Part shown: positions 9,986 through 19,550 of the stretch, piece after piece | Position numbering within the stretch: the first letter of the stretch is position 1 | How the letters are laid out: every line of letters starts with the position of its first letter | Source: Vibrio vulnificus CMCP6 | GTDB lineage: Bacteria; Pseudomonadota; Gammaproteobacteria; Enterobacterales; Vibrionaceae | Length of the DNA stretch: 32,000 nt | Direction: 5' to 3' | Assembly: GCF_000039765.1 (NCBI RefSeq) | Contig: NC_004460.2 | Span: forward strand, 540,001 to 572,000 | Translations under genes and position numbers: made by a program | Notes under the pieces: generated by a model | The model's database searches: none | What the model saw: the letters and a program-made list of their open reading frames with translations, nothing else | Told to the model about the DNA's origin: nothing

Positions 9986-11155
9986 ATGAAAGATAGGTTT
10001 CAACCCCTCAATTTCGGACTTGGCGACACCATCGTTCTGCTCAGAGAACAGGTCAATGCTTTTGCTAACGAACATATCGCGCCACTGGCGGCAGACATCG
10101 ATCGTGCCAACCATTTCCCCGATCATTTGTGGACTAAGCTGGGTGAAATGGGATTGCACGGCGTCACCATCAGTGAAGAATATGGCGGCGCAGATATGGG
10201 GTATCTCGCGCACGTCGTTGCAATGGAAGAGATCAGTCGCGCCTCCGCCTCCGTGGCACTGAGCTATGGTGCCCACTCCAACCTGTGCATTAACCAAATC
10301 TACCGTAACGGCAACGCGCAGCAAAAAGCCCATTACTTGCCTGCATTGATTTCTGGCGAGCACATTGGCGCACTCGCCATGAGCGAGGCCAACTCCGGCT
10401 CTGACGTGGTGAGCATGCAGTTGAAAGCAAAAGAGAAAGGCGATCACTTCGTGCTCAACGGCAGCAAAATGTGGATCACCAACGGCCCCGATGCACATAC
10501 ATTGGTGGTGTACGCCAAAACCAATCCCAAAGCGGAGGCTCATGGTATTACCGCGTTTATTGTTGAACGTGCATTCCCCGGTTTTCACTCGGCTCAGAAG
10601 CTCGACAAATTGGGCATGCGCGGCTCAAACACCAGCGAATTGGTGTTCGAAGATTGCCTTGTGCCCAAAGAGAACGTGTTGGGTGAAATCAACCACGGCG
10701 TGCGGGTGTTAATGAGTGGTTTGGACTACGAACGCGTAGTGTTGGCCGGAGGACCTCTCGGCATTATGCGCAGCTGTTTGGATGCGGTGATTCCGTATAT
10801 TCACGATCGTAAGCAGTTTGGCCAGCCTATTGGCGAGTTCCAATTAGTGCAAGGCAAATTGGCGGACATGTATACCCAAATGAACGCGGCGCGCAGTTAC
10901 GTCTATACCGTCGCGGCAGCGTGCGATCGCGGAGAAGTGACGCGCAAAGACGCTGCTGGCGTGATCCTTTACAGCGCCGAATTGGCTACTCGAATGGCGC
11001 TTGACGCCATTCAACTGCTCGGCGGCAATGGCTACGTCAACGAGTTCCCCACTGGCCGCCTGCTTCGTGACGCCAAGCTGTACGAAATTGGCGCTGGAAC
11101 TTCGGAAATCCGCCGCATGCTCATCGGCAGAGAGCTGTTTAACGAATCTCGCTAA
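9986..11155 (+). CDS. liuA: Isovaleryl-CoA dehydrogenase
   Basis: '[50 protein letters not shown]', '[42 protein letters not shown]'. ATG at 9986 preceded by an AGGAGG-like site. Confidence 0.93.
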   Translation: MKDRFQPLNFGLGDTIVLLREQVNAFANEHIAPLAADIDRANHFPDHLWTKLGEMGLHGVTISEEYGGADMGYLAHVVAMEEISRASASVALSYGAHSNLCINQIYRNGNAQQKAHYLPALISGEHIGALAMSEANSGSDVVSMQLKAKEKGDHFVLNGSKMWITNGPDAHTLVVYAKTNPKAEAHGITAFIVERAFPGFHSAQKLDKLGMRGSNTSELVFEDCLVPKENVLGEINHGVRVLMSGLDYERVVLAGGPLGIMRSCLDAVIPYIHDRKQFGQPIGEFQLVQGKLADMYTQMNAARSYVYTVAAACDRGEVTRKDAAGVILYSAELATRMALDAIQLLGGNGYVNEFPTGRLLRDAKLYEIGAGTSEIRRMLIGRELFNESR

Positions 11156-11193
11156 TTTCAGCGAGGCGAAGCAATGCCCGCTAAGGAAGGAAC

Positions 11194-12798
11194 ATGGCAG
11201 TTTTACCGACAAAAGCACGCAAAGAAGATGCCCTCTATCAATCAAACTACCAAACCTTGGCAGAATTGGTGCGCAAGCTGAGTGCTAACTTAAACTTGGT
11301 GCATCAAGGCGGGGGGGTAAAAGCGCAGCAGCGCCAGCGAGAGAAAGGCAAGTTACCCGTTCGTGAGCGGATCGCCAAGCTGCTTGACGAGAACACCTCA
11401 CTACTTGAAATCGGCCAATTTGCCGCGTGGAATGTCTACGACGAACCCATCGCCTGTGCGGGGGTCGTGGCGGGCATTGGTCAGATTCAGGGCATCGAAT
11501 GCATGGTGATCGCCAACGATCCATCGGTCAAAGGCGGCACCTATTTCCCACTCACGGTAAAAAAACACCTCCGAGCGCAAGAGATCGCGATGAAATGTCA
11601 GCTGCCTTGCGTCTATCTGGTGGATTCCGGCGGTGCGAATCTGCCTCACCAAGCGGAAGTCTTTCCCGATAAAGATCACTTTGGTCGAATTTTCTACAAT
11701 CAAGCTCGCATGTCGGCTGCTGGCATTCCTCAAATTGCCGTTGTCCTTGGCCCATGCACCGCTGGCGGCGCATACATCCCCGCAATGGCGGATGTATCCA
11801 TCATTGTTCGCCAACAAGGCACGATATTTTTAGGTGGCCCACCGCTGGTCAAAGCCGCAACAGGTGAGATTGTCAGCGAAGAAGAGCTGGGCGGCGCAGA
11901 CGTGCATTGCAAAAAATCAGGCGTGGCGGATTATTACGCACTGGATGAGCAACACGCCCTACAACTGGCTCGTCAAGCCATCGAGAGTTGCAACGCCCCC
12001 GCTCTACCATGCGCGCCCAAAGCCGTTCTTGAACCACGCTACCCTGCCGATGAGATCTACGGCGTCGTCAATGCTAACTTGCGGCTCTCTTTTGATGTTC
12101 GTGAAGTGATTGCCCGAATGGTCGACGACTCCGACTTTGACGAATTTAAAGCGATGTACGGCCCTTCATTAGTGTGTGGTTTTGCGCACTTACTGGGTTT
12201 CCCAATCGGGATTGTGGCCAACAACGGCATTCTTTTCTCTGAATCGGCGCAAAAAGGCGCACATTTCATCGAATTGTGCGCAAAACGCAAAATTCCACTA
12301 CTCTTTTTACAGAACATCACTGGCTTTATGGTGGGGAAAAAAGTCGAAGCAGAGGGCATTGCGAAGCACGGCGCCAAACTCGTGATGGCGGTGGCGTGTG
12401 CCGATGTGCCTAAGTTTACCGTGATCATCGGCGGCTCCTATGGTGCGGGCAATTACGGCATGTGTGGCAGGGCTTATGATCCCACTATGTTGTGGATGTG
12501 GCCCAATGCCCGTATTTCGGTCATGGGCGGTGAGCAAGCGGCAGGGGTGCTCACGCAAGTGCGTCGTGATGTAAAAGCACGCCAAGGGGAACACTGGCCA
12601 GAACAAGATGAACACGATTATCGACAATCGATTCTTGAACTCTACGAAAGCCAAGGTAATCCCTATTACGCCAGTGCGCGATTGTGGGATGACGGCATTA
12701 TCGATCCCGTAGAGACTCGCGCCATTGTTGGTCGCGCATTACGCGCTAGCTTGAATGCGCCGATCGGCGACAGTGAGTTTGGTATTTTCCGCATGTAA
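11194..12798 (+). CDS. liuB: Methylcrotonyl-CoA carboxylase beta (carboxyltransferase) subunit
   Basis: 534 aa with '[63 protein letters not shown]' and '[16 protein letters not shown]'. Confidence 0.94.
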   Translation: MAVLPTKARKEDALYQSNYQTLAELVRKLSANLNLVHQGGGVKAQQRQREKGKLPVRERIAKLLDENTSLLEIGQFAAWNVYDEPIACAGVVAGIGQIQGIECMVIANDPSVKGGTYFPLTVKKHLRAQEIAMKCQLPCVYLVDSGGANLPHQAEVFPDKDHFGRIFYNQARMSAAGIPQIAVVLGPCTAGGAYIPAMADVSIIVRQQGTIFLGGPPLVKAATGEIVSEEELGGADVHCKKSGVADYYALDEQHALQLARQAIESCNAPALPCAPKAVLEPRYPADEIYGVVNANLRLSFDVREVIARMVDDSDFDEFKAMYGPSLVCGFAHLLGFPIGIVANNGILFSESAQKGAHFIELCAKRKIPLLFLQNITGFMVGKKVEAEGIAKHGAKLVMAVACADVPKFTVIIGGSYGAGNYGMCGRAYDPTMLWMWPNARISVMGGEQAAGVLTQVRRDVKARQGEHWPEQDEHDYRQSILELYESQGNPYYASARLWDDGIIDPVETRAIVGRALRASLNAPIGDSEFGIFRM

Positions 12799-12824
12799 AT
12801 AGTCACACGTTGGAGAGTTAACCT

Positions 12825-13634
12825 ATGGTTAAGCAGGCGTTATTAGCCAATATGGATCAGCAAGGGGTTGCCACGTTAACCCTTAATCGGCTTGAAAAGC
12901 ACAATGCCTTTGATGCCGAGCTGATCCGCGCATTGATTGAAGCGCTAGAAACCTTCGCTTCAAACGCACAACTGCGGGTTTTGATTCTCAACGCCAACGG
13001 GCCACACTTTTCGGCTGGGGCCGATCTCAACTGGATGCGTGCCATGGCAGAGCAAGACGAAGCCGCTAACCTTGAAGATGCAAAACGCTTGGCCAAGTTG
13101 ATGCAAACCCTCGACCACTTCCCTGCCCCCACCATCGCCAGCGTTCAAGGCGCGGCTTTTGGTGGTGCACTTGGGTTGATTTGTTGTTGCGATATCGCCA
13201 TTGCCACCGCGGAAAGCCGCTTCTGTTTGAGTGAAGTTAAATTAGGGTTGATTCCTGCCACCATTGGGCCGTATGTCTGCCGAAGTTTGGGGCAACGACA
13301 TGCTCGACGTTACATGCTCAGTGCCGAAACCTTTGATGCCAATACCGCACTGGAAATGGGATTGGTGCACATTGTGGTTAACGACGAGAAACAGTTGCCG
13401 CAAACCACACAGTCGATGGCCCAGCGCCTATTGCACAACAGTCCAAAAGCGATGCAACAAGTAAAACGGCTCTGCCAAGATTGCACATCCATGCCCATCG
13501 AATCGCCGTTGATCGACAAAACCAGTGCCATGATCGCCAATATTCGTTGCAGTGAAGAAGGCCAAGAAGGGCTCAATGCATTTTTTAGCAAAAGGTTACC
13601 CAGTTGGTGTCCGGCCAAAAGGGAGCTTGAATGA
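12825..13634 (+). CDS. liuC: Methylglutaconyl-CoA hydratase (enoyl-CoA hydratase family)
   Basis: 269 aa; 'FSAGADLNWMRAMA', 'QGAAFGGALGLICCCDIAIATAESRFCLSEVKLGLIPATIGPYV'; between MCC-beta and HMG-CoA lyase. Confidence 0.9.
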   Translation: MVKQALLANMDQQGVATLTLNRLEKHNAFDAELIRALIEALETFASNAQLRVLILNANGPHFSAGADLNWMRAMAEQDEAANLEDAKRLAKLMQTLDHFPAPTIASVQGAAFGGALGLICCCDIAIATAESRFCLSEVKLGLIPATIGPYVCRSLGQRHARRYMLSAETFDANTALEMGLVHIVVNDEKQLPQTTQSMAQRLLHNSPKAMQQVKRLCQDCTSMPIESPLIDKTSAMIANIRCSEEGQEGLNAFFSKRLPSWCPAKRELE

Positions 13635-14548
13635 GCCGCTTCTCTGCAGAGAACTTAACCCTGCCTGAACACGTCACGATTGTTGAGGTTGGCCCTCGTG
13701 ACGGCTTACAAAACGAGGGCGCCGTTTCCACCGATAGCAAGGTGGCGCTGATCAACGCCCTCTCCCAAACCGGATTAACACGCATCGAAGCGGGCGCGTT
13801 TGTTTCTGCTAAACGTGTGCCACAAATGGCAGATTCTCTTGCTGTGTTTGAACAAATTCACCGCAGTCTGGGAGTTCAATACAGTGCCCTCACGCCCAAC
13901 ATGCAGGGTTTTCAAGCCGCTGTTTCTGCCCAAGTGGATCACGTCGCCGTCTTCGCCTCTTGCAGTGAAGGGTTTAGCCAACACAATATTCATTGCTCCA
14001 TTGCCGAAAGCCTAGAGCGCTTTCAACCTGTAATCGCACAAGCCAAGCAGCTCAACATCCCCGTACGAGGTTACCTTTCTACCGTCATTGACTGCCCTTA
14101 CGATGGTGCAACCCCGCCCAGCCAAGTGGCTTCCATAGCTTCTGCGCTATATCAGTTAGGCTGCTTTGAGATTTCACTTGGCGATACCATTGGCACAGGC
14201 ACGCCACGCAAAGTCGCCACCATGCTCGATACAGTGATGAAACGAGTGCCATGTGAACACCTTGCCGTACATTTTCACGATACCTATGGCCAAGCCATTG
14301 CCAATATCTATCAATCGCTACTGATGGGCATCAATACGATAGACAGCAGTGTGGCTGGCCTAGGTGGATGCCCTTATGCTCCCGGGGCGTCGGGCAATGT
14401 CGCCAGTGAAGATGTGGTCTATTTATGTCAAGGATTAGCCATAGAAACTGGTGTCGATCTTGATTTACTCATCCAAACTGGTTGGCAAATCAGCCGTCAG
14501 CTCAACAAGCAACCGAACTCAAAAGTGTCATTCGCCAGAAAGCCTTAG
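13631..14548 (+). CDS. liuE: Hydroxymethylglutaryl-CoA lyase
   Basis: 305 aa; 'VTIVEVGPRDGLQNE', 'GLGGCPYAPGASGNVASEDVVYL' signatures; 4-bp ATGA overlap with liuC. Confidence 0.93.
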   Translation: MSRFSAENLTLPEHVTIVEVGPRDGLQNEGAVSTDSKVALINALSQTGLTRIEAGAFVSAKRVPQMADSLAVFEQIHRSLGVQYSALTPNMQGFQAAVSAQVDHVAVFASCSEGFSQHNIHCSIAESLERFQPVIAQAKQLNIPVRGYLSTVIDCPYDGATPPSQVASIASALYQLGCFEISLGDTIGTGTPRKVATMLDTVMKRVPCEHLAVHFHDTYGQAIANIYQSLLMGINTIDSSVAGLGGCPYAPGASGNVASEDVVYLCQGLAIETGVDLDLLIQTGWQISRQLNKQPNSKVSFARKP

Positions 14549-14806
14549 CCCAGAAAGCCCTAAGCCAGCAGAGCAGAAGCGCTTTAGAGAATGGTTCCAC
14601 AACGCTACTACACCGACAGCACCTATCAAAACACTGCAATTAATAGGCAATACTTTTCAAATAACGCCTTTAGTCCCTCAGGTAAAATAGAAAAAGCCTA
14701 TCAATAGAATAGCCACAAGCAATTTTCCTTTCGTGGGTCAGAATGTGAATATACCTCCCGAAGGCAAGCGATGCCAAACCTAACAAACTTAAAGGAAATC
14801 AAGAAT

Positions 14807-15364
14807 ATGATTAACACTACTATCAAACCATTTAGCGCAACAGCATACAAAGATGGCAAATTCGTTGACATCACTGAACAAGACGTATTGGGCAAATGGT
14901 CGGTATTTTTCTTCTACCCAGCGGACTTCACTTTCGTATGTCCGACTGAACTTGGTGACCTAGCAGACCACTACGAAGAGCTTCAATCTCGCGGTGTGGA
15001 AGTGTACTCAGTGTCAACTGACACGCATTTTACTCACAAAGCGTGGCACGACAGCTCTGACACTATCGGCAAAATCAAATACTTCATGGTGGGCGACCAA
15101 ACTGGCAACATCACCAACAACTTTGGTGTAATGCGCCCAGGCCAAGGTCTTGCAGACCGTGCTACTTTCGTTATCGACCCACAAGGTGTTATCCAAGCGG
15201 TTGAAATTACAGCAGAAGGTATCGGCCGTGACGCAGAAGACCTACTACGCAAAATCAAAGCAGCTCAGTACGTTGCTGCACACCCAGGCGAAGTATGTCC
15301 TGCTAAATGGAAAGAAGGCGAACAAACGCTAGCACCTTCACTAGACCTAGTTGGCAAAATCTAA
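14807..15364 (+). CDS. ahpC: Alkyl hydroperoxide reductase subunit C (typical 2-Cys peroxiredoxin)
   Basis: '[22 protein letters not shown]', '[17 protein letters not shown]', '[10 protein letters not shown]'. Start at MINTTIKPF (14807). Confidence 0.96.
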   Translation: MINTTIKPFSATAYKDGKFVDITEQDVLGKWSVFFFYPADFTFVCPTELGDLADHYEELQSRGVEVYSVSTDTHFTHKAWHDSSDTIGKIKYFMVGDQTGNITNNFGVMRPGQGLADRATFVIDPQGVIQAVEITAEGIGRDAEDLLRKIKAAQYVAAHPGEVCPAKWKEGEQTLAPSLDLVGKI

Positions 15365-15393
15365 CCATTTGCGTTGATTACCCCTTAAGTTAA

Positions 15394-15442
15394 AGAGTGG
15401 GCCGGGCGTTTTACTTGACGACCTAAATGCTCGGTCCGCTCT
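15394..15442 (+). promoter_or_regulatory. Strong intergenic RNA hairpin between ahpC and ahpF (no U-tract)
   Basis: AGAGTGGGCCGGGCGTTT (15394-15411) pairs with AAATGCTCGGTCCGCTCT (15425-15442): 18 contiguous pairs counting G-U wobbles, 13-nt loop. Confidence 0.75.
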
Positions 15443-15500
15443 CCCCTGATATCCAGAGTGACCGCTCTCCAATTTAAAAAAACTATAAAGGTATTCGAGT

Positions 15501-17069
15501 ATGCTAGACCAAGCGATCAAGCAACAGTTAACCCAGTATCTAACAAATCTAAAACAAGACGTCCGTTTAGTGGTCAGCCTAGATGACAGTAAAGGCTCAC
15601 AAGATATTCTTGCGCTCGCCAATGAAATCGCGGAACTAAGCCCGCTGATCACCGTTGTCCGTGATGATGCTGCGAGCACACGCAAGCCCGTTATGACGGT
15701 GACTAACCCAGAGAAAAGCACTGCGCTTCGCTTTGCAGGTTTGCCAATGGGTCATGAATTTACATCCTTGGTTCTTGCCCTGCTTCATTCAGGTGGTCAC
15801 CCGATCAAACTGGATGCAGAAACCATCGAACAGATTGCACAACTAGACAAAGAACTCGATGTGGAAGTCTTTATTTCCCTTTCATGTCAAAACTGTCCGG
15901 ATGTGGTGCAAGCGTTCAACATGATGGCGGCGATTAACCCAAAAATTCGCGCAACCATGATTGATGGTGCCCTGTTCCAAGATGAAGTGAAGCAGCGTGA
16001 CATCCTCGCGGTACCGAGCGTCTTTGTAAACGGTGAGCTGTTTGGTCAAGGCCGCATGTCATTGACAGAAATTCTTAACAAATTGGACGATGGCGCAGCA
16101 GAAAAAGCGGCGGCAAGCCTTAATGACAAAGATCCGTATGACGTTCTCGTTGTCGGTGGTGGCCCTGCAGGTGCAGCCGCTGCGATTTACGCAGCGCGTA
16201 AAGGCATTCGCACCGGTATTGTTGCTCAACGTTTGGGTGGTCAGGTGATGGACACCATGGCGATTGAAAACTTTATTTCAGTCAAACACACGGAAGGTCC
16301 AAAACTGGCGGCTAACCTTGGTGAGCACTTGAAAGAGTACGGTGTTGATATCATCACAGAGCAGCAAGCTGAAAAGCTGATGGGCGCGCAATACACGGAA
16401 GATGGCAAAATTCACGTCAATCTACAAAGTGGTGCAACGCTTAAAAGTAACAGCGTTATCCTCAGCCCAGGTGCTCGTTGGCGTGAAATGAACGTCCCTG
16501 GTGAACAAGAATATCGCAATAAAGGCGTGGCTTACTGCCCACACTGTGATGGCCCTTTGTTCAAAGGCAAGAAAACCGCTGTTATTGGTGGTGGTAACTC
16601 CGGCATCGAAGCGGCCATTGACCTTGCAGGTATCGTAGAACATGTGACGGTTCTAGAGTTTGCTGACACATTGCGCGCAGACCAAGTTCTGATCAACAAA
16701 GCGAACTCTCTGCCTAACGTCGATATCATCACCATGGCTCAAACCACCGAAGTGGTTGGTGATGGTAAACGTGTGACTGGCTTGAAATACAAAGATCGCA
16801 ACACTGATGAGATCAAGCAGTTAGATCTTGCTGGTATCTTTGTTCAAATTGGTCTTGTGCCGAATACCGAGTGGCTAAAAGATTCAGACGTTGAGCTTTC
16901 TGCTCGCGGCGAAATCGAGATCGGTAGCCGTGGTGAAACCAGCCTAGAAGGTGTATTTGCCGCTGGTGACGCGACAACCGTGCCTTACAAGCAAATCATC
17001 ATCGCAATGGGCGAAGGTGCAAAAGCGAGCTTGGGAGCGTTTGATTACTTGATTCGTAAGCAAGGCTAA
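15501..17069 (+). CDS. ahpF: Alkyl hydroperoxide reductase subunit F
   Basis: 522 aa; N-terminal glutaredoxin-like '[13 protein letters not shown]', FAD motif '[21 protein letters not shown]', '[28 protein letters not shown]'. Confidence 0.96.
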   Translation: MLDQAIKQQLTQYLTNLKQDVRLVVSLDDSKGSQDILALANEIAELSPLITVVRDDAASTRKPVMTVTNPEKSTALRFAGLPMGHEFTSLVLALLHSGGHPIKLDAETIEQIAQLDKELDVEVFISLSCQNCPDVVQAFNMMAAINPKIRATMIDGALFQDEVKQRDILAVPSVFVNGELFGQGRMSLTEILNKLDDGAAEKAAASLNDKDPYDVLVVGGGPAGAAAAIYAARKGIRTGIVAQRLGGQVMDTMAIENFISVKHTEGPKLAANLGEHLKEYGVDIITEQQAEKLMGAQYTEDGKIHVNLQSGATLKSNSVILSPGARWREMNVPGEQEYRNKGVAYCPHCDGPLFKGKKTAVIGGGNSGIEAAIDLAGIVEHVTVLEFADTLRADQVLINKANSLPNVDIITMAQTTEVVGDGKRVTGLKYKDRNTDEIKQLDLAGIFVQIGLVPNTEWLKDSDVELSARGEIEIGSRGETSLEGVFAAGDATTVPYKQIIIAMGEGAKASLGAFDYLIRKQG

Positions 17070-17097
17070 ACCAACCAGCAAAGGCATGTCACAAAGG

Positions 17098-17125
17098 AGA
17101 GAGGTTTAAAAGCACCTCTCTTTTT
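17098..17125 (+). terminator. Rho-independent terminator after ahpF
   Basis: AGAGAGGT-TTAAAAGC-ACCTCTCT followed by TTTTA. Confidence 0.8.
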
Positions 17126-17372
17126 ATTTTTAACCATGCTAAAAAATAATTTGCTTAAAAACAAAATAAAGCTATCTAATAAATAAAAAGTGTGTATAGT
17201 AATCATCAGCTCTTACCAAATGAGCTATTCATGATAGATTTAGTTCAAGTTTAATCTCAGTTATCTTTCGATACCCTTCGTTTAGCCTCTGCGACAGCTT
17301 TTCCTTAATACCCATAATAGCTTTTGTTATCAGCAATTAATTAATCGAAAAATTTAATACTTAGAGGTATCT

Positions 17373-17585
17373 ATGTCTAATAAAGTAACTGGTTCAGTAA
17401 AATGGTTTAACGAAACGAAAGGTTTCGGTTTTATTTCTCAAGACAACGGTGGTAACGATGTGTTTGTTCACTTCAACTCTATCGTTTCAACAGGTTTTAA
17501 AACTTTGGCAGAAGGCCAACGCGTAACATTTGAAGTTGAGCAAGGCAAAAAAGGCCCACAAGCTGCAAACGTAACTGCGCTATAA
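17373..17585 (+). CDS. Cold-shock protein (CspA family)
   Basis: 70 aa: '[36 protein letters not shown]...[26 protein letters not shown]', with RNP1/RNP2 motifs; long AT-rich leader upstream. Confidence 0.96.
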   Translation: MSNKVTGSVKWFNETKGFGFISQDNGGNDVFVHFNSIVSTGFKTLAEGQRVTFEVEQGKKGPQAANVTAL

Positions 17586-17590
17586 TTTTA

Positions 17591-17617
17591 ATGGCGTGGT
17601 CACCACGGCCACGCCAT
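17591..17617 (+). terminator. Hairpin immediately downstream of csp, probable 3' end structure (no long U-tract)
   Basis: ATGGCGTGG ... CCACGCCAT, 9-bp perfect arms, 9-nt loop, starting a few bases after the csp stop. Confidence 0.5.
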
Positions 17618-17790
17618 CTCCTGCTCTGCCCCATCGTTTAATCCATTTAAAATCAATCACCTTCATTCAATACCTCTGATCTGTTTGTCGACAGTTTTAA
17701 AGACTTTTTTGTTGCCAACAGAACAGGAGTAGACACATCTGTGTCATATTGGTTTTGTATATTCATTCAATCAAATTTATCGGAGGACTT

Positions 17791-17889
17791 ATGTCTCGTA
17801 GAACCACTCGCCAACGTCATTGGTATCAACTATTACGTGAAAAACACATAAAGGAAGAAAATTTAAAGCATGTTCAAAATAAACTTTAA
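17791..17889 (+). CDS. Small basic protein, 32 aa, unknown function
   Basis: Not in the supplied track. ATG at 17791 preceded by CGGAGGACTT (strong SD); translates MSRRTTRQRHWYQLLREKHIKEENLKHVQNKL. Confidence 0.5.
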   Translation: MSRRTTRQRHWYQLLREKHIKEENLKHVQNKL

Positions 17890-18079
17890 TATTTATAAAG
17901 ATAATTTAAATTGGTCTGCAGAAATACATCAACTTAACAGTGATATATTAACGCGCCATGTTGTACTCAAAACTCAGCTCGGCCTTTTTGATTTAAACTT
18001 TGATTTTTGTGAAAAATCGAACCAAGGCAGTATTTTTTCACTCAGTGGAAATAAAATAGGTGCATTCTCGGTCTTTTAG
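17870..18079 (+). CDS. Hypothetical small protein, 69 aa
   Basis: ORF MFKINFNIYKDNLNWSAEIHQLNSDILTRHVVLKTQLGLFDLNFDFCEKSNQGSIFSLSGNKIGAFSVF; overlaps the end of the 32-aa ORF by 20 nt in another frame. Confidence 0.45.
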   Translation: MFKINFNIYKDNLNWSAEIHQLNSDILTRHVVLKTQLGLFDLNFDFCEKSNQGSIFSLSGNKIGAFSVF

Positions 18080-18131
18080 GTGTATTCCATAAATAGATAA
18101 CATCAAAGAAAAACACTGAAAGAGAGCGAAA

Positions 18132-18272
18132 ATGGATAAGAAGAAAGAGAAAGCAAGTAAGAAAGAAACATTGGACGTCGATGAGAAAAAACCACTCACA
18201 CAGCACCAAACGCGAAAGCGAATCGAAGATATTTTGGAACAGAAAGAATTCGAGAAACAGTATGCGCTTTAA
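18132..18272 (+). CDS. Small highly charged protein, 46 aa, unknown function
   Basis: Not in the supplied track. Translates MDKKKEKASKKETLDVDEKKPLTQHQTRKRIEDILEQKEFEKQYAL; purine-rich GAGAGCG upstream of the ATG. Confidence 0.55.
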   Translation: MDKKKEKASKKETLDVDEKKPLTQHQTRKRIEDILEQKEFEKQYAL

Positions 18273-18276
18273 GTGT

Positions 18277-18326
18277 TCCAGTTACCAACCATGCTCTACC
18301 ATGCGCAACTCTGATTGGTAACTGGA
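18277..18326. repeat. Perfect 12-bp inverted repeat between convergent genes
   Basis: TCCAGTTACCAA (18277-18288) and TTGGTAACTGGA (18315-18326), 26-nt spacer. Confidence 0.75.
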
Positions 18327-18366
18327 TTGTTCGACTTGCTCTCGCGGTTAATCTACCGTTGAAATC

Positions 18367-19335
18367 CTATAGCGCACCGTAAACCAAGTAACCGTTATAA
18401 ACCACATAGCAACCTAATAGCACAGCACCTTCCGTTCGGGTGATGGTCTGTTTTTTACCAAAGCGCACTGCGGTCACTAGCAAAAGCAACGTAACAAACA
18501 GCATGGTTGACCAATCTCGCCAAAACACTTCTAAACCAATATTTTCGATCGGCTCAATACTGGCTGCGATGCCCACTACCGCCAATGAGTTAAACATGTT
18601 TGAGCCAACAACGTTACCCACGGCGATATCGTGTTCACCCTTTCTTGCAGCCACAATCGATGCAGCGAGTTCAGGCAACGACGTTCCCAATGCCACAATG
18701 GTTAAGCCGATCAACAAATCGCTGATACCCAATTGCTGAGCAATGTTCACAGCGCCCCACACCAGCATTCTTGAACTGACGATCAGCAGAACTAAACCGG
18801 CGATCAACCAGAAAATCGCCATCCCTTTGGAAAGCTGTGGTACATCCAGTTCTTGTTCAAATTCCGTCGCTAGAGCGTCTTTTTTCGCTCTCATGGCACT
18901 CCAGATAGACCAACCGATCACGGCGAAGAAGCCCGCTAGCAGCACTAAAGCTTCCATCAAGCTAATGGTTTGATTCCACAGCATGCCCCCTAGCAATAGG
19001 GTAATGAGCAACAACAACGGAATCTCTTTGCGAATGATGTTGGAATGAACCACAATCGGTGCGATCAGCGCAGTGGTACCAAGAATCAAGCTGATATTGA
19101 CGATGTTAGAACCCAACGCGTTACCCAACGCTAATGCCGGATTACCATCCAATGCCGCCATCGCCGAAACCACCATTTCTGGCGCTGAAGTACCAAAACC
19201 AACCACCAGCATACCAATCAATAATGCGGGCATGCCAGCATACTTAGCGCTCGCAGCGGCCCCTTCGACAAACTTATCTGCACTCCAAACCAGAAGCGCA
19301 AAACCCAATACAATTGCAACACTTGCCAATAACAT
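18367..19335 (-). CDS. Calcium/sodium antiporter family (CaCA, YrbG-like)
   Basis: 322 aa, duplicated membrane domains with alpha-repeat signatures 'VVGFGTSAPEMVVSAMAALDGNPALALGNALGSNIVNISLILG' and 'IVALGTSLPELAASIVAARKGEHDIAVGNVVGSNMFNSLAVVG'. SD CAGGA upstream. Confidence 0.93.
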   Translation of the reverse strand: MLLASVAIVLGFALLVWSADKFVEGAAASAKYAGMPALLIGMLVVGFGTSAPEMVVSAMAALDGNPALALGNALGSNIVNISLILGTTALIAPIVVHSNIIRKEIPLLLLITLLLGGMLWNQTISLMEALVLLAGFFAVIGWSIWSAMRAKKDALATEFEQELDVPQLSKGMAIFWLIAGLVLLIVSSRMLVWGAVNIAQQLGISDLLIGLTIVALGTSLPELAASIVAARKGEHDIAVGNVVGSNMFNSLAVVGIAASIEPIENIGLEVFWRDWSTMLFVTLLLLVTAVRFGKKQTITRTEGAVLLGCYVVYNGYLVYGAL

Positions 19336-19510
19336 GTTTGTATCCTGAAAAGATAAATCACACAGGCGAGTAAACGGTTCGAGAAAGAAGACTTAAGCGT
19401 GTCATCGAGGGGAAAGAGAAAAGGCATCAAGCGAGTTTCTGCATCTGAACGACCCAATGACAAGCCAACACTTTCGTGTGTTTACTCGCATTACGGGTAG
19501 GCTTAAACCA

Positions 19511-19550
19511 AAGCAAAGTTCGAATTGCTACCCAAATTCAAACTTTGCTT
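19511..19550 (-). promoter_or_regulatory. Hairpin immediately 3' of the riboswitch aptamer, probable expression platform
   Basis: Minus-strand RNA AAGCAAAGUUUGAAUU-UGGGUAGC-AAUUCGAACUUUGCUU: 16 contiguous pairs (one G-U), sharing nucleotides with the 3' strand of aptamer P1. Confidence 0.65.

Noticed and set aside
19218-19463. 81-aa minus-strand ORF overlapping the antiporter start
   Set aside because: Out of frame with the conserved antiporter and inside its riboswitch leader; no recognisable domain.
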